Below, piece by piece: positions 1 to 16,010 of a stretch of DNA of 64,000 nucleotides. Numbering within the stretch: the first letter of the stretch is position 1; the number at the start of each line of letters is the position of its first letter. Position numbers and translations under genes: made by a program. The stretch is from Octopus sinensis (taxonomy: Eukaryota), in the NCBI RefSeq assembly GCF_006345805.1, contig NC_043017.1, forward strand, positions 16,554,001 through 16,618,000. The letters are read 5' to 3'. The notes under the pieces were generated by a model, which did not search any database, was not told the origin of the DNA, and was given only the letters and a program-made list of their open reading frames with translations.

Positions 1-1401
1 GAAAGGCTTGGCTGGAAAAGTTCCCCTTTAAAATCATGCATTTGTCAACCTGTCTATGAGGGCTATAAATCCCAAAACAAACCAACTCAGACCATGAAAA
101 CCCATCCCATCAATGCTACCATGAGAATATCCCATACACAGAGGCAATGATGGTCTCAATGTTACATCAGTAGAAGGCATACAACTCTCTCTCTCTCTCT
201 CCCTGTAAATTCATTTCTCTTTGCTATTCTGCCCTTTTTATATCCTGACAGATGACCCCTTACCTTTAGAATGTATCTCAGATGTTTTCTCTTTGGCTTA
301 CACTTTTCCAAAAAGTTTTAAATTCCACGAATCTTTAGAATTTGGTATATGGATGTAATTCTTCACGCTTAATCCAATATTGTTATTCAGATGTTTAAGG
401 TTCGATTATTTGAAGTCAATCAGAAAACAGGATCTAGAAGCTGGCATTTTCTACATGATGACAACTTGACGATGACAAAATGTTCAAGGATGGAAGTTTT
501 AATGAATAAAGTCATGTGTAAAGTTGGAACAGGTATGAATTTTTTATTATGTTTTTAATGAAAATTTACCAAAAATAGAACCTGAACATTAAATTACAAA
601 AACACAAAGTGTAGTTCAGTTCTGGAAGACAATACATATTTTGTAGCAAAGATTCAAAAGCAGAGTTTGTGAAATAAATTAACACTTTCATATCTCCTGC
701 ACCACACAAAAAGGTCTGTAAAAAAGGTATTGAGGATAATGTCAGCCTTTAATCTGTTACCCATGTGGGGTGCCCCTTCACAGTGTTACCACATCAACAC
801 CCCAATGTAAAAATTACACCAATGACTAGTTTTCAATTGGCTAAAATTACCTCAAATTTGCAAACTTCAAAAAAACTATTAACTTTTCATTTATTAATTT
901 ATGGCAAAAAGGAATTTCATTACCATAATCACTATACAAAAGTACACCAATACACCTACAATGTTATAGCTTCTTTCATGTTTGAATACACTTGTTACAT
1001 ACGATATTTCCACATGATGAATATTTTATGTTTGTAGAAAATAGAATGCCGCAATTGGTTTCACAGAATTTCATTGAACAAATCAATCTTTTTTGTTTGT
1101 TGGTTAATAGAGTAATTTTCTGAGCATCTGAAACTCACAAATTTATGAACAAACTGAAAAATGTACACGTTAATTTAATTGACAAAAATCAAGTATTTCA
1201 TGAACTGAAATTTATTCACTGCAAGTCACATTTCATCACTAATGAAGTAATTTTTTTGCATAAATACATACATGGCTAGATAAGTGAGTATTTTGAGAGA
1301 ATGATTTACCACATGTGTCACAGAGGTATGCCCTCTCTCCTCAGTAAAAATGGTTGTCAGTAGTTAAGTCACCATTCTCAGGGAATGATTTACCTCATAT
1401 T

Positions 1402-2817
1402 TCAATGATATGGTTTCTCTCTTGTGTGACAACGTTTGTGATTAGTTAAGTGATGCTTCAGAGAGAATGATTTACCACAGGTATCACAGTGATATGGTTT
1501 ATCTCCTGTATGAGTGAGCTTGTGAGGAATGAGGTTACCTTTCTGAGAGAATGATTTACCACAAATATCACATGGAAATGGTTTATCTCCTGTGTGACTA
1601 CGTTTGTGAGTAGTTAAGTCACCATTTTGAGGGAAAGACTTACCACAAATATCACAGTAATGTAGTTTATCTCCTGTGTGACTACGTTTGTGAACAATTA
1701 AGTGACTTTTTTGAGAGAATGATTTACCACAGATATCACAGTGATATGGTTTTTCTCCTGTATGAAAATGTTTGTGAGTAATGAGGTTACATTTTTGAGA
1801 GAATGTTTTACCACAAATATCACATGGAAATGGCTTATCTCCTGTGTGACTACGTTTGTGAATAGTTAAGTGACTGTTATGAGAGAATAATTTACCACAG
1901 ATATCACAGTGATATGGTTTATCTCTTGTATGAATGTGTTTGTGAGTAGTTAAGTGACTGCTCTGAGAGAATGATTTACCACAGATATCACAGTAATATG
2001 GTTCCTCTCTTGTATGAATGTGTTTGTGTGTTGTTAAATGACTGTTCCGAGAGAATGATTTACCACAGATATCACAATTGTACACATCCTCTCCTGTATG
2101 AATATTATTGTGTATAGTTAAATGAATTTTTTGAGAGAATGATTTACCACAGATATCACAACGATATGGCTTCTCACCTGTATGAATATGTTTGTGAGTA
2201 GATAAGCTACTACTGGAAGAGAATGATTTACCACAAATTTCACAATGGTATGGCTTCTCTCCTGTATGAATACGTCTGTGTTTAATTAAATCACTACTTC
2301 CAGAAAATGATTTACCGCAGATATCACAGTGATACGGCTTCTCTCCTGTATGGATACGTTTGTGAATAGTTACGTCTCCATTTTGAGGGAATGATTTACC
2401 ACAAATATCACAGTGATATGGTTTATCTCCTGTGTGACTACGCTTGTGAGTAGTTAAGTGACTGTTCTGAGAGAATAATTTACCACAGATATCACAATGA
2501 TATGGCTTCTCTCCTGTGTGAATACGTCTGTGCTTAATTAAATTACTACTTCCACAAAATGATTTACCACAGATATCACAGTGATATGGTTTATCTCCCG
2601 CATGAATGTGCTTGTGTTTTGTCAAATACTGATTTCTTGAGAATGATTTACCACAGATATCACAATGATATGGTTTCTCTGCTGCATCACAACTGTACAC
2701 ACCCTCTCCTGTACACAATGTTTTATCTTTCTGTTTCTTTACACCAGCAGGGAAGCCCATACTTGTAGACTGTGTCTTACATGTAACTTTGTTCTCACGT
2801 AGTTTGTCTTCCATCAT
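1402..2817 (-). CDS. C2H2 zinc-finger protein, array copy 1 (471 aa, 15 fingers)
   Basis: ORF with 15 CxxC-x12-HxxxH repeats and TGEKPY-type linkers after a ~50-aa leader. No KRAB/BTB/SCAN-like domain recognisable. Confidence 0.95.
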   Translation of the reverse strand: MMEDKLRENKVTCKTQSTSMGFPAGVKKQKDKTLCTGEGVYSCDAAEKPYHCDICGKSFSRNQYLTKHKHIHAGDKPYHCDICGKSFCGSSNLIKHRRIHTGEKPYHCDICGKLFSQNSHLTTHKRSHTGDKPYHCDICGKSFPQNGDVTIHKRIHTGEKPYHCDICGKSFSGSSDLIKHRRIHTGEKPYHCEICGKSFSSSSSLSTHKHIHTGEKPYRCDICGKSFSQKIHLTIHNNIHTGEDVYNCDICGKSFSRNSHLTTHKHIHTREEPYYCDICGKSFSQSSHLTTHKHIHTRDKPYHCDICGKLFSHNSHLTIHKRSHTGDKPFPCDICGKTFSQKCNLITHKHFHTGEKPYHCDICGKSFSQKSHLIVHKRSHTGDKLHYCDICGKSFPQNGDLTTHKRSHTGDKPFPCDICGKSFSQKGNLIPHKLTHTGDKPYHCDTCGKSFSLKHHLTNHKRCHTREKPYH

Positions 2818-2984
2818 TTTTCATCTCTCACCACAACAGACAGAGATGTTTTCCTTCTTTTAATTCTTATATTTTTATTCCGAACAAATATTCTCTTTTC
2901 CTATACTTTCAACGAATGTAATTTTTGTTGATATTTGAAGATACCGTCTACTTAGATTCTTTCACGCCAATGTCATCTGATATT

Positions 2985-3106
2985 TCTGAAATAAGAAAGA
3001 AAGAATATAGAATATAGAGGAGACAAATAAAAAGTAGAGATTCAACAGTGAACATTTTACTACATTTCTTCTGCATCAATACACAGCGAAGATATAAACT
3101 TTTACC
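2985..3106 (-). other. Probable 120-bp 5' UTR intron of ZNF copy 1 (donor GT 3105-3104, acceptor AG 2987-2986)
   Basis: Minus strand reads CCAAG|GTAAAAG ... TTTCTTTCTTATTTCAG|AAATATCAGATGACATTGGC. The same acceptor and exon start occur in all copies and in the divergent ZNF at about 26619. Confidence 0.55.
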
Positions 3107-4559
3107 TTGGCAATGGAACACATCCCTTCTCCGTACATTAGAGCCAGTGCCAGTTCCAACATTCCCTATGCCAGTTTTAGCCTGTCCACAAGAGCTAGTA
3201 GCCTAATGCAACAAGGAAAATGCCTCAACAGACACGGAGTGAAACTTTCACAGCAATTTCTTGTTTCAAACAAATGTGTAATTTGCATACAAAGGTATAC
3301 GTTCATGTGTTCACACTTATGCATCCATGAATGCACACACACGTGTATGAGCATATACATCAATATAGAAGTCTGCGTCTCATAAACATGTGGCCTCACA
3401 TAAAACCTCAAAAACAACCCAACTCCAACTGACCTAAATTCCTGCTAAAGTTCTCATTCTTTTCTTTTTCTTAATCCCTTAATCCTTTTCACACAAAACT
3501 GCCCCTGGTTCTATGATATAAATTTACTGCTTTAAAGTGATCGAAATTGAAACTTTCCACCGAAATTTCATGTCAGTTTATGCTCCAAACCCCAGACGAA
3601 TATCGTCAAAATTGCTTTCCTAAGTCTTTGCATATTTCCAAAATTAACTGACATAAAAGCAGGGTATTTCAAAAGAAATACATTAACGAAGGGCTTAATT
3701 GAGCTCTGCATATCTCTCTCTGACTCCAAAGGTTATACAAGAGGTTATAGGAGAGCCGACTCGTCTGGGAGTTAAAAGATCGTTGCTTTAGGAAAATTAC
3801 TTCTCTTCTTCATTTTCTTTCCTTTATCTTTGAACACATCAAAAGAAGCAGATGTAGTAGAAAGAGGACACGACCTATACAATGTAAATGTTGTTTCTAT
3901 TAATGATACTTACATATTTAATAGAGATCCAATGACGAAGATGTCACAATAGATTCAAGGAATCACAAATCAGAATGGACATTTTCAGCTTCAACATCAC
4001 TTGTATATTTTACAAGAAACCCTCACTTAGATTTTCACATCAACATGAAAAAGGATGACGATGGCTAATTAACAATCACGTATGAATTAACGTGTTTAAT
4101 TAATTAATTTGGTTAATTGGCAGAAGCATTAAGCAGCGAAAAATGGTCAGAGTTCAAATCCAGACAAAGTCGACTTTGCTTTCACTCCTTCCGAAATCCA
4201 TAGAATAAAGTAGCAGTGTGTCACAAAGCAGTTCAAGGAAGGCTTCCATTCAAGCTTTATTTCTGCTCGCCATCAAATCCGTTAATCACTGATTAATCCG
4301 TTAATCCGTTAATCACTGACGTCCAACGATTAAAACGAGTCCTTTTACATCAAGTAAAGACAGCATCCATCTAGGAACGTCATTCGACTCTAAGCCGCAT
4401 TTTCGTACTCAATACAAAAGAAGATTTCTATATTTTTTATTTATTATTTACTGTCGTAGAAATGAATATATGACAGGATATTATAATTCATAACAGTCAT
4501 CTCTGCAGAGCGAAAAGTGAGTCACGGTGCATTCAAAAAGTATAGTCCTTTAGGTAATA

Positions 4560-6040
4560 AGGGGTCTTAACTAATTCGTCCTGATCTTAGTTTTCTCGTC
4601 TCTTTTTGTCCTTGAATAATAGCCGTTTTGTAACACGTATTATCCTCGTTCATGTAGTCTTTGCAAGCGTTGTTACCTGTACTATTATTATAGTCTTTCA
4701 GTTACTCTTCTCCAGTTGCTAATCTGCTCGTATTTTCAGGTGCCGGACTGTGAGCTCCGTTGCTTTGTTAATACGTTGTTTCTATTGGTGTACTGTCGGG
4801 ATTTGCTCCTTGTTGATAATTGTTTGTGGATTTTGTTGTTCTGTATCGAACTCTGTTTGTGTAGTTAACCCTGGTTGTGTCTGTGTGTTTTCTTAGCTCC
4901 CTCGATTGAAAGATTGTCCTGCTGGGTCGAGATTGTGTGTCAACACTGCAGCTATTCGTCCCTTTCCAAACTGTACGCATGCAAAGTGGAGAGAATCGTC
5001 TCCAACAATTTAATGTTTTCTATAAGTGGTTCCCCCTTTTTATTGAGATAGTATTGTGCTTCCGATATTCTGGTGGAATTCAGGGAAAATGGCTCCCGAT
5101 GTCGATGTTCTTGAAAATTTAAACATTCACTCATGAGGATTTGTGTTGGTAGCTCTACTGAGGAAGCCTCTCGTGGCTGATAGTGCCATGGGAAGGACTA
5201 CCAACCATTGTCTTTTATCTAGTTGTAGTAATGAAGTAAGTGCTAGATTTAAGGTCTTCATGAGGGTACCGTTGGTCCTTTCCCATTGGCCATTGCCTTC
5301 AGGTCGAAAGGAAGATGTTCCAGTTTTTATTGTCCCCTTAGTGAGAAGAAAGTCCTGGAGCTTCTTATTATCAGATTCTGTTAGAGTGGATACAACCTGG
5401 TGTTCCCAACAATGAAAAGTGTTTGAGCAGATGGGAAATTACTGTTTCGGTACTCATGTCTTTGCATTGGTATGCGAATGGGTGCTTTTGAGTACTCATC
5501 GACTATTATCAATAAGTAGCGCTATTGTGTAGTTCACGGGACCAACAAATGCGATTGAGAGGTGCTTCCATAGCCTTGATGCCTGTTTTAATGGACTTGC
5601 GGAGGTGATACTTGAGTTCATTGCATTTAAAAGTGTCATTTTGCAGATTTCATTGAAGGAGACAGGCATGTTCGTACTTAACAGTAGTGAACTAGGCAGC
5701 TCACTACTCGGTGGCACAGTTGTTTGTGAAGGGTTACATGCGTTGCAGCATCTATTGGGGTTGCATATCCTGATAGCACATCTGTTGCTTTGATTTGAGT
5801 TCCATGTCGATGAGAGAATGTATAACTTGGGTGTGAGAGGTTCAAACAACAGAGTGTAAGTTTTTCACTTTTGAATTTCCACATGCCGTTTTTATTGAAG
5901 ATAATCGCTACTGTGCGTTGATCAGTAACGATGTTGCAGTAATGAGAAGTTTGTATCAGGTGGCATTAATGCACAAGTTTCATTCTTAACGTTTGTCTAT
6001 CTTTGAAAAGAACCACAAATAGAATGCCATCGGCCTTCCT
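4560..6040 (-). mobile_element. Degenerate Ty3/Gypsy pol fragment (RNase H C-terminus, integrase Zn-binding region and rve core), unit 1
   Basis: Broken minus-strand frames give VTDQRTVAIIF...YTFSHRHGTQIKATDVLSG (RNase H end), LHKQLCH, LWKHLSIAFVGPV and TSSFRPEGNGQWERTNGTLMKTL...QWLVVLPMAL (rve motif). Confidence 0.8.
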
Positions 6041-7921
6041 TGTCATGATAGAGTCTCCCAAATCTAGAACAGAAGAATCTGTTTCTTTCTTAATGAATAG
6101 AACTGAGTTCCAGTAAAGTGATGAAGTCACTTGTCTAATAGTACAGGGTTTGCATTGTTTTTTCAGAAATTATATGAACAATAATTTAAGGGTTGTGCCT
6201 ACTTTTTCTTTACGCCAATAAAGTAATTACGACCATACTCATATTGGTGTGTTATACTTCTTTGTTATTATTATTATTGTTACCTCAAATGAAGCAATGC
6301 AATACTGAGGATCTTCAGTTTTAAATCAATTATACAAACTAGTTAATTGTTATGGTCAGTCACAGTGACCACTGGTTTTGTGCTCATAAAGTAAAGTGTT
6401 CTATTGGTGGCCCAATAAATTCAAATGGCTTAAGGCACATAACCTCTCCACAACACAGAGCTTATATGCGATTCATAGGTGTAAAACCAATGGTCACTTT
6501 ATGACTAGCCATAACATTTGGTGAAAGGCTTAGCTGGAAAAGTTCCCCATTAAAATAATGCATTTGTCAACCTGTCTATGAGGGCTATAAATCCAAAAAC
6601 AAACAAACTCAGACCATGATAACCCATCCAATCAATGCTACCATGAGAATATCCCATACACAGAGGCAATGATGGTCTCAATGTTACATCAGTAGAAGGC
6701 ATACGACTCTCTCCCTTTCTCTAAATTCATATCTCTTTGCTAATCTGTCCTGTTTATATCCTGACAGATGACCCCTTACCTTTAGAATGTATCTCAGATG
6801 TTTTCTCTTTGGCTTACACTTTTCCAAAATGTTTTTAATTCCATGAAACTTTAGAATTTGGTATATGGATGTAATTCTTCACGCTTAATCCAATATTGTT
6901 ATTCAGATGTTTAAGGTTCGATTATTTGAAGTCAATCAGAAAACAGGATCTAGAAGCTGGCATTTTCTACATGATGACAACTTGACGATGACAAAATGTT
7001 CAAGGATGGAAGTTTTAATGAATAAAGTCATGTGTAAAGTTGGAACAGGTATGAATTTTTTATTATGTTTTTAATGAAAATTTACCAAAAATAGAACCTG
7101 AACATTAAATTACAAAAACACAAAGTGTAGTTCAGTTCTGGAAGACAATACATATTTTGTAGCAAAGATTCAAAAGCAGAGTTTGTGAAATAAATTAACA
7201 CTTTCATATCTCCTGCACCACACAAAAAGGTCTGTAAAAAAGGTAGTGAGGCAAATGTCATAGCATTTGATCTGTTACCCCTGTGGGGTGCCCCTTCACA
7301 GTGTTACCACATCAACGCCCCAATGTAAAAATTACACCAATGACTGTAGTTTTCAATTGGCTAAAATTACCTCAAATTTGCAAACTTTAAAAAAACTATT
7401 CACTTTTCATTTATTAATTTATGGCAAAAATGAATTTCATTTCCATAATCACTATACAAAAGTACACCAATACACCTACAATGTTATAGCTTCTTTCATG
7501 TTTGAATACACTTGTTACATACGATATTTCCACATGATGAATAATTTATGTTTGTAGAAAATAGAATGCCGCAATAGGTTTCACAGAATTTCATTGAACA
7601 AATCAATCTTTTTTGTTTGTTGGTTAATAGAGTAATTTTCTGAGCATCTGAAACTCATAAATTCACGAACAAACTGGAAAATGTAAACGTTAATTTAATT
7701 GACAAAAATCAAGTATTTTATTAACTGAAATTTATTCACTGCAAGACACATTTCATCATTAATGAAGTTATTTTTTTGCATAAATACATACATGGCTAGA
7801 TAAGTGAGTATTTTGAGAGAATGATTTACCACATGTGTCACAGAGGTATGCCTTCTCTCCTCAAGAAAAATGGTTGTCAGTAGTTAAGTCACCATTCTCA
7901 GGGAATGATTTACCACAAATT

Positions 7922-9333
<1,412 letters not shown>

Positions 9334-10416
9334 TCATCTCTCACCACAACAGACAGAGATGTTTTCCTTCTTTTAATTCTTATATGTTTATTCCCAACAA
9401 ATATTCTCTTTTGCTATACTTTCAACGAATGTAATTTTTGTTGATATTTGAAGATACCGTCTACTCAGATTCTTTCATGCCAATGTCATCTGATATTTCT
9501 GAAATAAGAAAGAAAGAATATAGAATATAGAGGAGGCAAATAAAAAGTAGAGATTCAACAGTGAACATTTTACTACATTTCTTCTGCATCAATACACAGC
9601 GAAGATATAAACTTTTACCTTGGCAATGGAACACATCCCTTCTCCGTACATTAGAGCCAGTGCCAGTTCCAACATTCCCTATGCCAGTTTCAGCCTGTCC
9701 ACAAGAGCTAGTAGCCTAATGCAACAAGGAAAATGCCTCAACAGACACGGAGTAAAACTTTCACAGCAATTTCTTGTTTCAAACAAATGTGCAATTTGCA
9801 TACAAAGGTACTAAAAGTATACGTTCATGTGTTCACACTTATGCATGCATGAATGCACACACACGTGTATGAGCATATACATCAATATATAAGTCCGCGT
9901 CTCATAAACATGTGGCCTCACATAAAACCTCAAAAACAACCCAACTCCAACTGAGCTAAATTCCTGCTAAAGTTCTCATTCTTTTCTTTTTCTTAATCCC
10001 TTAACCCTTTTCACACAAAACTGCCCCTGGTTCTATGATATAAATTTACTGCACCACACAAAAAGGTCTGTAAAAAAGGTAGTGAGGCTAATGTCATAGC
10101 ATTTGATCTGTTACCCCTGTGGGGTGCCCCTTCACAGTGTTACCACATCAACGACCCAATGTAAAAAATACACCAATGACTGTAGTTTTCAATTGGCTAA
10201 AATTACCTCAAATTTGCAAACTTTAAAAAAACTATTCACTTTTCATTTATTAATTTATGGCAAAAAGGAATTTCATTTCCATAATCACTATACAAAAGTA
10301 CACCAATACACCTACAATGTTATAGCTTCTTTCATGTTTGAATACACTTGTTACATACGATATTTCCACATGATGAATATTTTATGTTTGTAGAAAATAG
10401 AATGCCGCAATTGGTT

Positions 10417-10786
10417 ACTCTTTTACTTGTTTCAGTCATTTGACTGCGGCCATGCTGGAGGACCACCTTTAGTTGAGCAAATCAACCCCGGGACTTATTC
10501 TTTGTAAGCCCAGTAGTTATTCTATCGTTCTCTTTTGCCGAACCGCTAAATGACGTAAACACACCAGCATCGGTTGTCAAGCAATGCTAGGGGGACAAAC
10601 ACACAAACACATATATATACATATATACGACAGGCTTCTTTCAGTTTCCGTCTACCAAATCCACTGACAAGGCATTGGTCGGCCCGGGGCTATAGCAGAA
10701 GAAACTTGTCCAAGATGCCAGGCAGTGGGACTGAACCCGGAACCATGTGGTTGGTTAGCAAGCTACTTACCACACAGCCACTCCAG
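10417..10786 (-). mobile_element. tRNA-derived SINE (AAAAGAGT tail family) in the 3' flank of ZNF copy 3
   Basis: Head GAGTGGCTGTGTGGTAAG...GGGTTCAGTCC, internal (TA)/(TG) tract, tail AAACAAGTAAAAGAGT. Absent at the homologous site in units 1 and 2 (about 1060 and 7580). Confidence 0.9.
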
Positions 10787-11124
10787 CACAGAATTTCATT
10801 GAACAAATCAATCTTTTTTGTTTGTTGGTTAATAGAGTAATTTTCTGAGCATCTGAAACTCACAAATTCATGAACAAACTGGAAAATGTAAACGTTAATT
10901 TAATTGACAAAAATCAAGTATTTCATAAACTGAAATTTATTCACCGCAAGTCACATTTCATCACTAATGAAGTAATTTTTTTGCATAAATACATACATGG
11001 CTAGATAAGTAAGTATTTTGAGTGACTGGGTTACGTGTGTCACAGAGGTATGCCTTCTCTCCTCAGTATAAACGTTTGTCAGTAGCTAAGTCACCATTCT
11101 CAAGGGAATGATTTACCACAAATT

Positions 11125-12120
<996 letters not shown>

Positions 12121-13844
12121 TTTTCATCTCTCACCACAACAGACAGAGATGTTTTCCTTCTTTTAATTCTTATATGTTTATTCCCAACAAATATTCTCTT
12201 TTGCTATACTTTCAACGAACGTAATTTTTGTTGATATTTGAAGATACCGTCTACTCAGATTCTTTCATGCCAATGTGATCTGATATTTCTGAAATAAGAA
12301 AGAAAGAATATAGAATATGGAGGAGACAAATAAAAAGTAGAGATTCAACAGTGAACATTTTACTACATTTCTTCTGCATCAATACACTGTGAAGATATAA
12401 ACTTTTACCTTGGCAATGGAACACATCCCTTCTCCGTACATTAGAGCCAGTGCCAGTTCCAACATTCCCTATGCCAGTTTCAGCCTGTCTACAGGAGGTA
12501 GGAGCCTAATGCAACAAGGAAAATGCCTCAACAGACACGGAGTGAAACTTTCACAGCAATTTCTTGTTTCAAACAAATGTGTAATTTGCATACAAAGGTA
12601 CTAAAAGTATACGTTCATGTGTTCACACTTATGCATGCATGAATGCACACACACGTGTATGAGCATATACATCAATATATAAGTCTGCGTCTCATAAACA
12701 TGTGGCCTCACATAAAACCTCAAAAACAACCCAACTCCAACTGACCTAAATTCCTGCTAAAGTTCTCATTCTTTTCTTTTTCTTAATCCCTTAACCCTTT
12801 TCACACAAAACTGCCCCTGGTTCTATGATAAAAATTTACTGCTTTAAAGTGATCGAAATTGAAACTTTCCACCGAAATTTCATGTCAGTTTATGCTCCAA
12901 ACCCCAGACGAATATCGTCAAAATTGCTTTCCTAAGTCTTTGCATATTTCCAAAATTAACTGAAATAAAAGCAGGGTATTTCAAAAGAAATACACTAACG
13001 AAGGGCTTAATTGAGCTCTGCATATCTCTCTCTGACTCCAAAGGTTATACAAGAGGTTATAGGAGAGCCGACTCGTCTGGGAGTTAAAAGATCGTTGCTT
13101 TAGGAAAATTACTTCTCTTCTTCATTTTCTTTCCTTTATCTTTGAACACATCAAAAGAAGCAGATGTAGTAGAAAGAGGACACGACCTATACAATGTAAA
13201 TGTTGTTTCTATTAATGATACTTACATATTTAATAGAGATCCAATGACGAAGATGTCACAATAGATTCAAGGAATCACAAATCAGAATGGACATTTTCAG
13301 CTTCAACATCACTTGTATATTTTACAAGAAACCCTCACTTAGATTTTCACATCAACATAATAAAGGATGACGATGGCTAATTAACAATCACGTATGAATT
13401 AACGTGTTTAATTAATTAATTTGGTTAATTGGCAGAAGCATTAAGCAGCGAAAAATGGTCAGAGTTCAAATCCAGACAAAGTCGACTTTGCTTTCACTCC
13501 TTCCGAAATCCATAGAATAAAGTAGCAGTGTGTCACAAAGCAGTTCAAGGAAGGCTTCCATTCAAGCTTTATTGCTGCTCGCCATCAAATCCGTTAATCA
13601 CTGATTAATCCGTTAATCCGTTAATCACTGACGTCCAACGATTAAAACGAGTCCTTTTACATCAAGTAAAGACAGCATCCATCTAGGAACGTCATTCGAC
13701 TCTAAGCCGCATTTTCGTACTCAATACAAAAGAAGATTTCTATATTTTTTATTTATTATTTACTGTTGTAGAAATGAATATATGACAGGATATTATAATT
13801 CATAACAGTAATCTCTGCAGAGCGAAAAGTGTGTCACGGTGCAA

Positions 13845-15259
13845 GGGGTCTTAAATAATTCGTCCTGATCTTAGTTTTCTCGTCTCTTTTTGTCCTTGAA
13901 TAATAGCCGTTTTGTAACACGTATTATCCTCGTTCATGTAGTCTTTGCAAGCGTTGTTACCTGTATTATTATTATTGTCTTTCAGTTACTCTTCTCCAGT
14001 TGCTAATCTGCTCGTATTTTCAGGTGCCGGACTGTGAGCTCCGTTGCTTTGTTAATACATTGCTTCCATTGGCGTACTATCGGGATTTGTTCCTTGTTGA
14101 TTTATTGTTTGTGGATTTTGTTGTTCTGTATCGAACTCTGTTTGTGTAGTTAACCCTGGTTGTGTCTGTGGGCTTCCTTAGCTCCCTCGATTGAAAGATT
14201 GTCCTGCTGGGTCGAGATTGTGTGTCAACACTGCAGCTATTCGTCCCTTTCCAAACTGTACGCATGCAAAGTGGAGAGAATCGTCTCCAACAATCTAATA
14301 TTTTCTATAAGTGGATCCCCCTTATTTTTGAGATAGTATTGTGCTTCCGATATTCTGGTGGAATTTAGGTATATTTGTTCCCGATGTCGATGTTCTTGAA
14401 AATTTAAACATTCATTCATGAGGGTTTGTGTTGGTAGCTCTACTGAGGAAGCCTCTCGTGGCTGATAGTGCCATGGGAAGGACTGCCAACCATTGTCTTT
14501 TATCTAGTTGTAGTAATGAAGTAAGTGCTAGATTTAAGGTGTTCATGAGGTCCTTTCACATTGGCCATTGCCTTCAGTTCGAAAGGAAGATGTTCCAGTT
14601 TTTATTGTCCCCTTAGTGAGAAGGAAGTCGTGGAGCTTCTTATTATCAAATTCTGTTAGAGTGGATACAACCTGGTGTTCCCAACAATGAAAAGTGTTTG
14701 AGCAGATGGGAAATTACTGTTTCGGTACTCATGTCTTTGCATTGGTATGCGAATGGGTGCTTTTGAGTACTCATCGACTATTATCAATAAGTAGCGCTAT
14801 TGTGTAGTTCACGGGACCAACAAATGCGATTGAGAGGTGCTTCCATAGCCTTGATGCCTGTATTAAGGGACTTTTCGAGGTGATACTTGAGTTCATTGCA
14901 TGTAAAAGTATCATTTTGCAGTGTTCGTTGAAGGAGATAGGCATGTTCGTACTTAATAGTAGTGAAGTAGGCAGCTCACTCCTCGGTGGCACAGTTGTTT
15001 GTGAAGGGTTACATGCGCATCTGTTGCTTTGATTTTATTTCCAATGTCCGTGAGAGGTTCAAACAACAGAGTCTAAGTTTTTCAGTTTTGAATTTCCACA
15101 TGCCGTTTTTATTGAAGATAATCGCTACTATGCGTTGATCAGTAACGATGTTGCAGTAATGAGAAGTCTGTATCAGGTGGCATTAATGCACAAGTTTCTT
15201 TCTTGACGTTTGTCTATCTTTGAAAAGAACCATAAACAGAATGCCATTGGGTTTCCTTG
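13845..15259 (-). mobile_element. Degenerate Ty3/Gypsy pol fragment, unit 3
   Basis: Paralogous to 4560-6040, with several extra small deletions. Confidence 0.78.
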
Positions 15260-15263
15260 TCAT

Positions 15264-16010
15264 TGTAAGAAATAAGATCACATGCGGTCATATTGTGTAG
15301 GAATACAATCTCACGCGATCCCATTCTTAATGAATCATTACAAGCCATATAATACATACAACGACAATAGGACATAAGTGAATTGACACAAGTTTTCTGT
15401 TGGTAGATAAATATTATTTATTTTACATATTTTACAATCGTGTAAATTTTAAGAGTTCGGAAGTGTTAGCATGTTTTTGTGTCTGTGTGTTCGTGAGGCA
15501 TAAAAGGTACTGACTCTAGAATTAACAATGGAATTTGGTTCACTGTTCATGTTGTTGGTATCAGCATAGCAACAGGTAGTAGCAGAAACAATCGCATATC
15601 TCTAAGTTGAGAAGCAGGTGGCCTAAGTTAGTTCTTAGAAGAACTGGAACTCAAGACCTAAGTGTCTGTGAAAACTGCTTTATATATTGTTTGGTTGGCT
15701 CACCGAACTTCAGAAAATGTAATTTTAACCGAAGGTCTTGATTGGTTGATTCGCGATTTTGGCGCGAAATAAGTCGAGACAATTCGCGTGACGTGTTAAC
15801 CAGTGGCGCGGACTATGTAGAGACCCTTGTGTCACATGTCAACCAGTGGCGCGAAGCCCACAGAGATCACTCGCGTCACCTGTCAGCCAATCAAGTTAGT
15901 GTTTAGAACAAGAACAAGTTGGCCAAAGATGGTTGTAATCACAAACGAGATCATTCTTAATACTCTTCTCAAACAGTGAAGATAGCAATGAGGGAAACGA
16001 TATTGCTACA
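15264..16010. mobile_element. Solo LTR (747 bp)
   Basis: TGTA...TACA termini, 4-bp TSD TCAT (15260-15263 and 16011-16014), and an empty site with a single TCAT at 6043-6046 in unit 1. Confidence 0.85.

Noticed and set aside
765-1037. Recurrent 60-96 aa ORFs in each unit (765, 7267, 10103; MAMEHIP at 3107, 9620, 12410, 19542)
   Set aside because: They recur only because the DNA is duplicated. They have no recognisable domain, use non-ATG or variable starts, and vary in length between copies.
2559-2768. MIYHRYH-type plus-strand ORFs (also 9072, 11805, 18937) and alternate-frame minus ORFs (11337, 18469)
   Set aside because: They are antisense or off-frame shadows of the repetitive zinc-finger codons.
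4340-4500. Possible 3' LTR of the Gypsy relic (minus strand TGTTATGAATT...)
   Set aside because: No clear polypurine tract, matching CA end, second LTR or TSD could be established by eye.
10574-10840. [16 protein letters not shown] ORFs (also 17706, 43893, 46644, 53728)
   Set aside because: They are chance ORFs within SINE copies.
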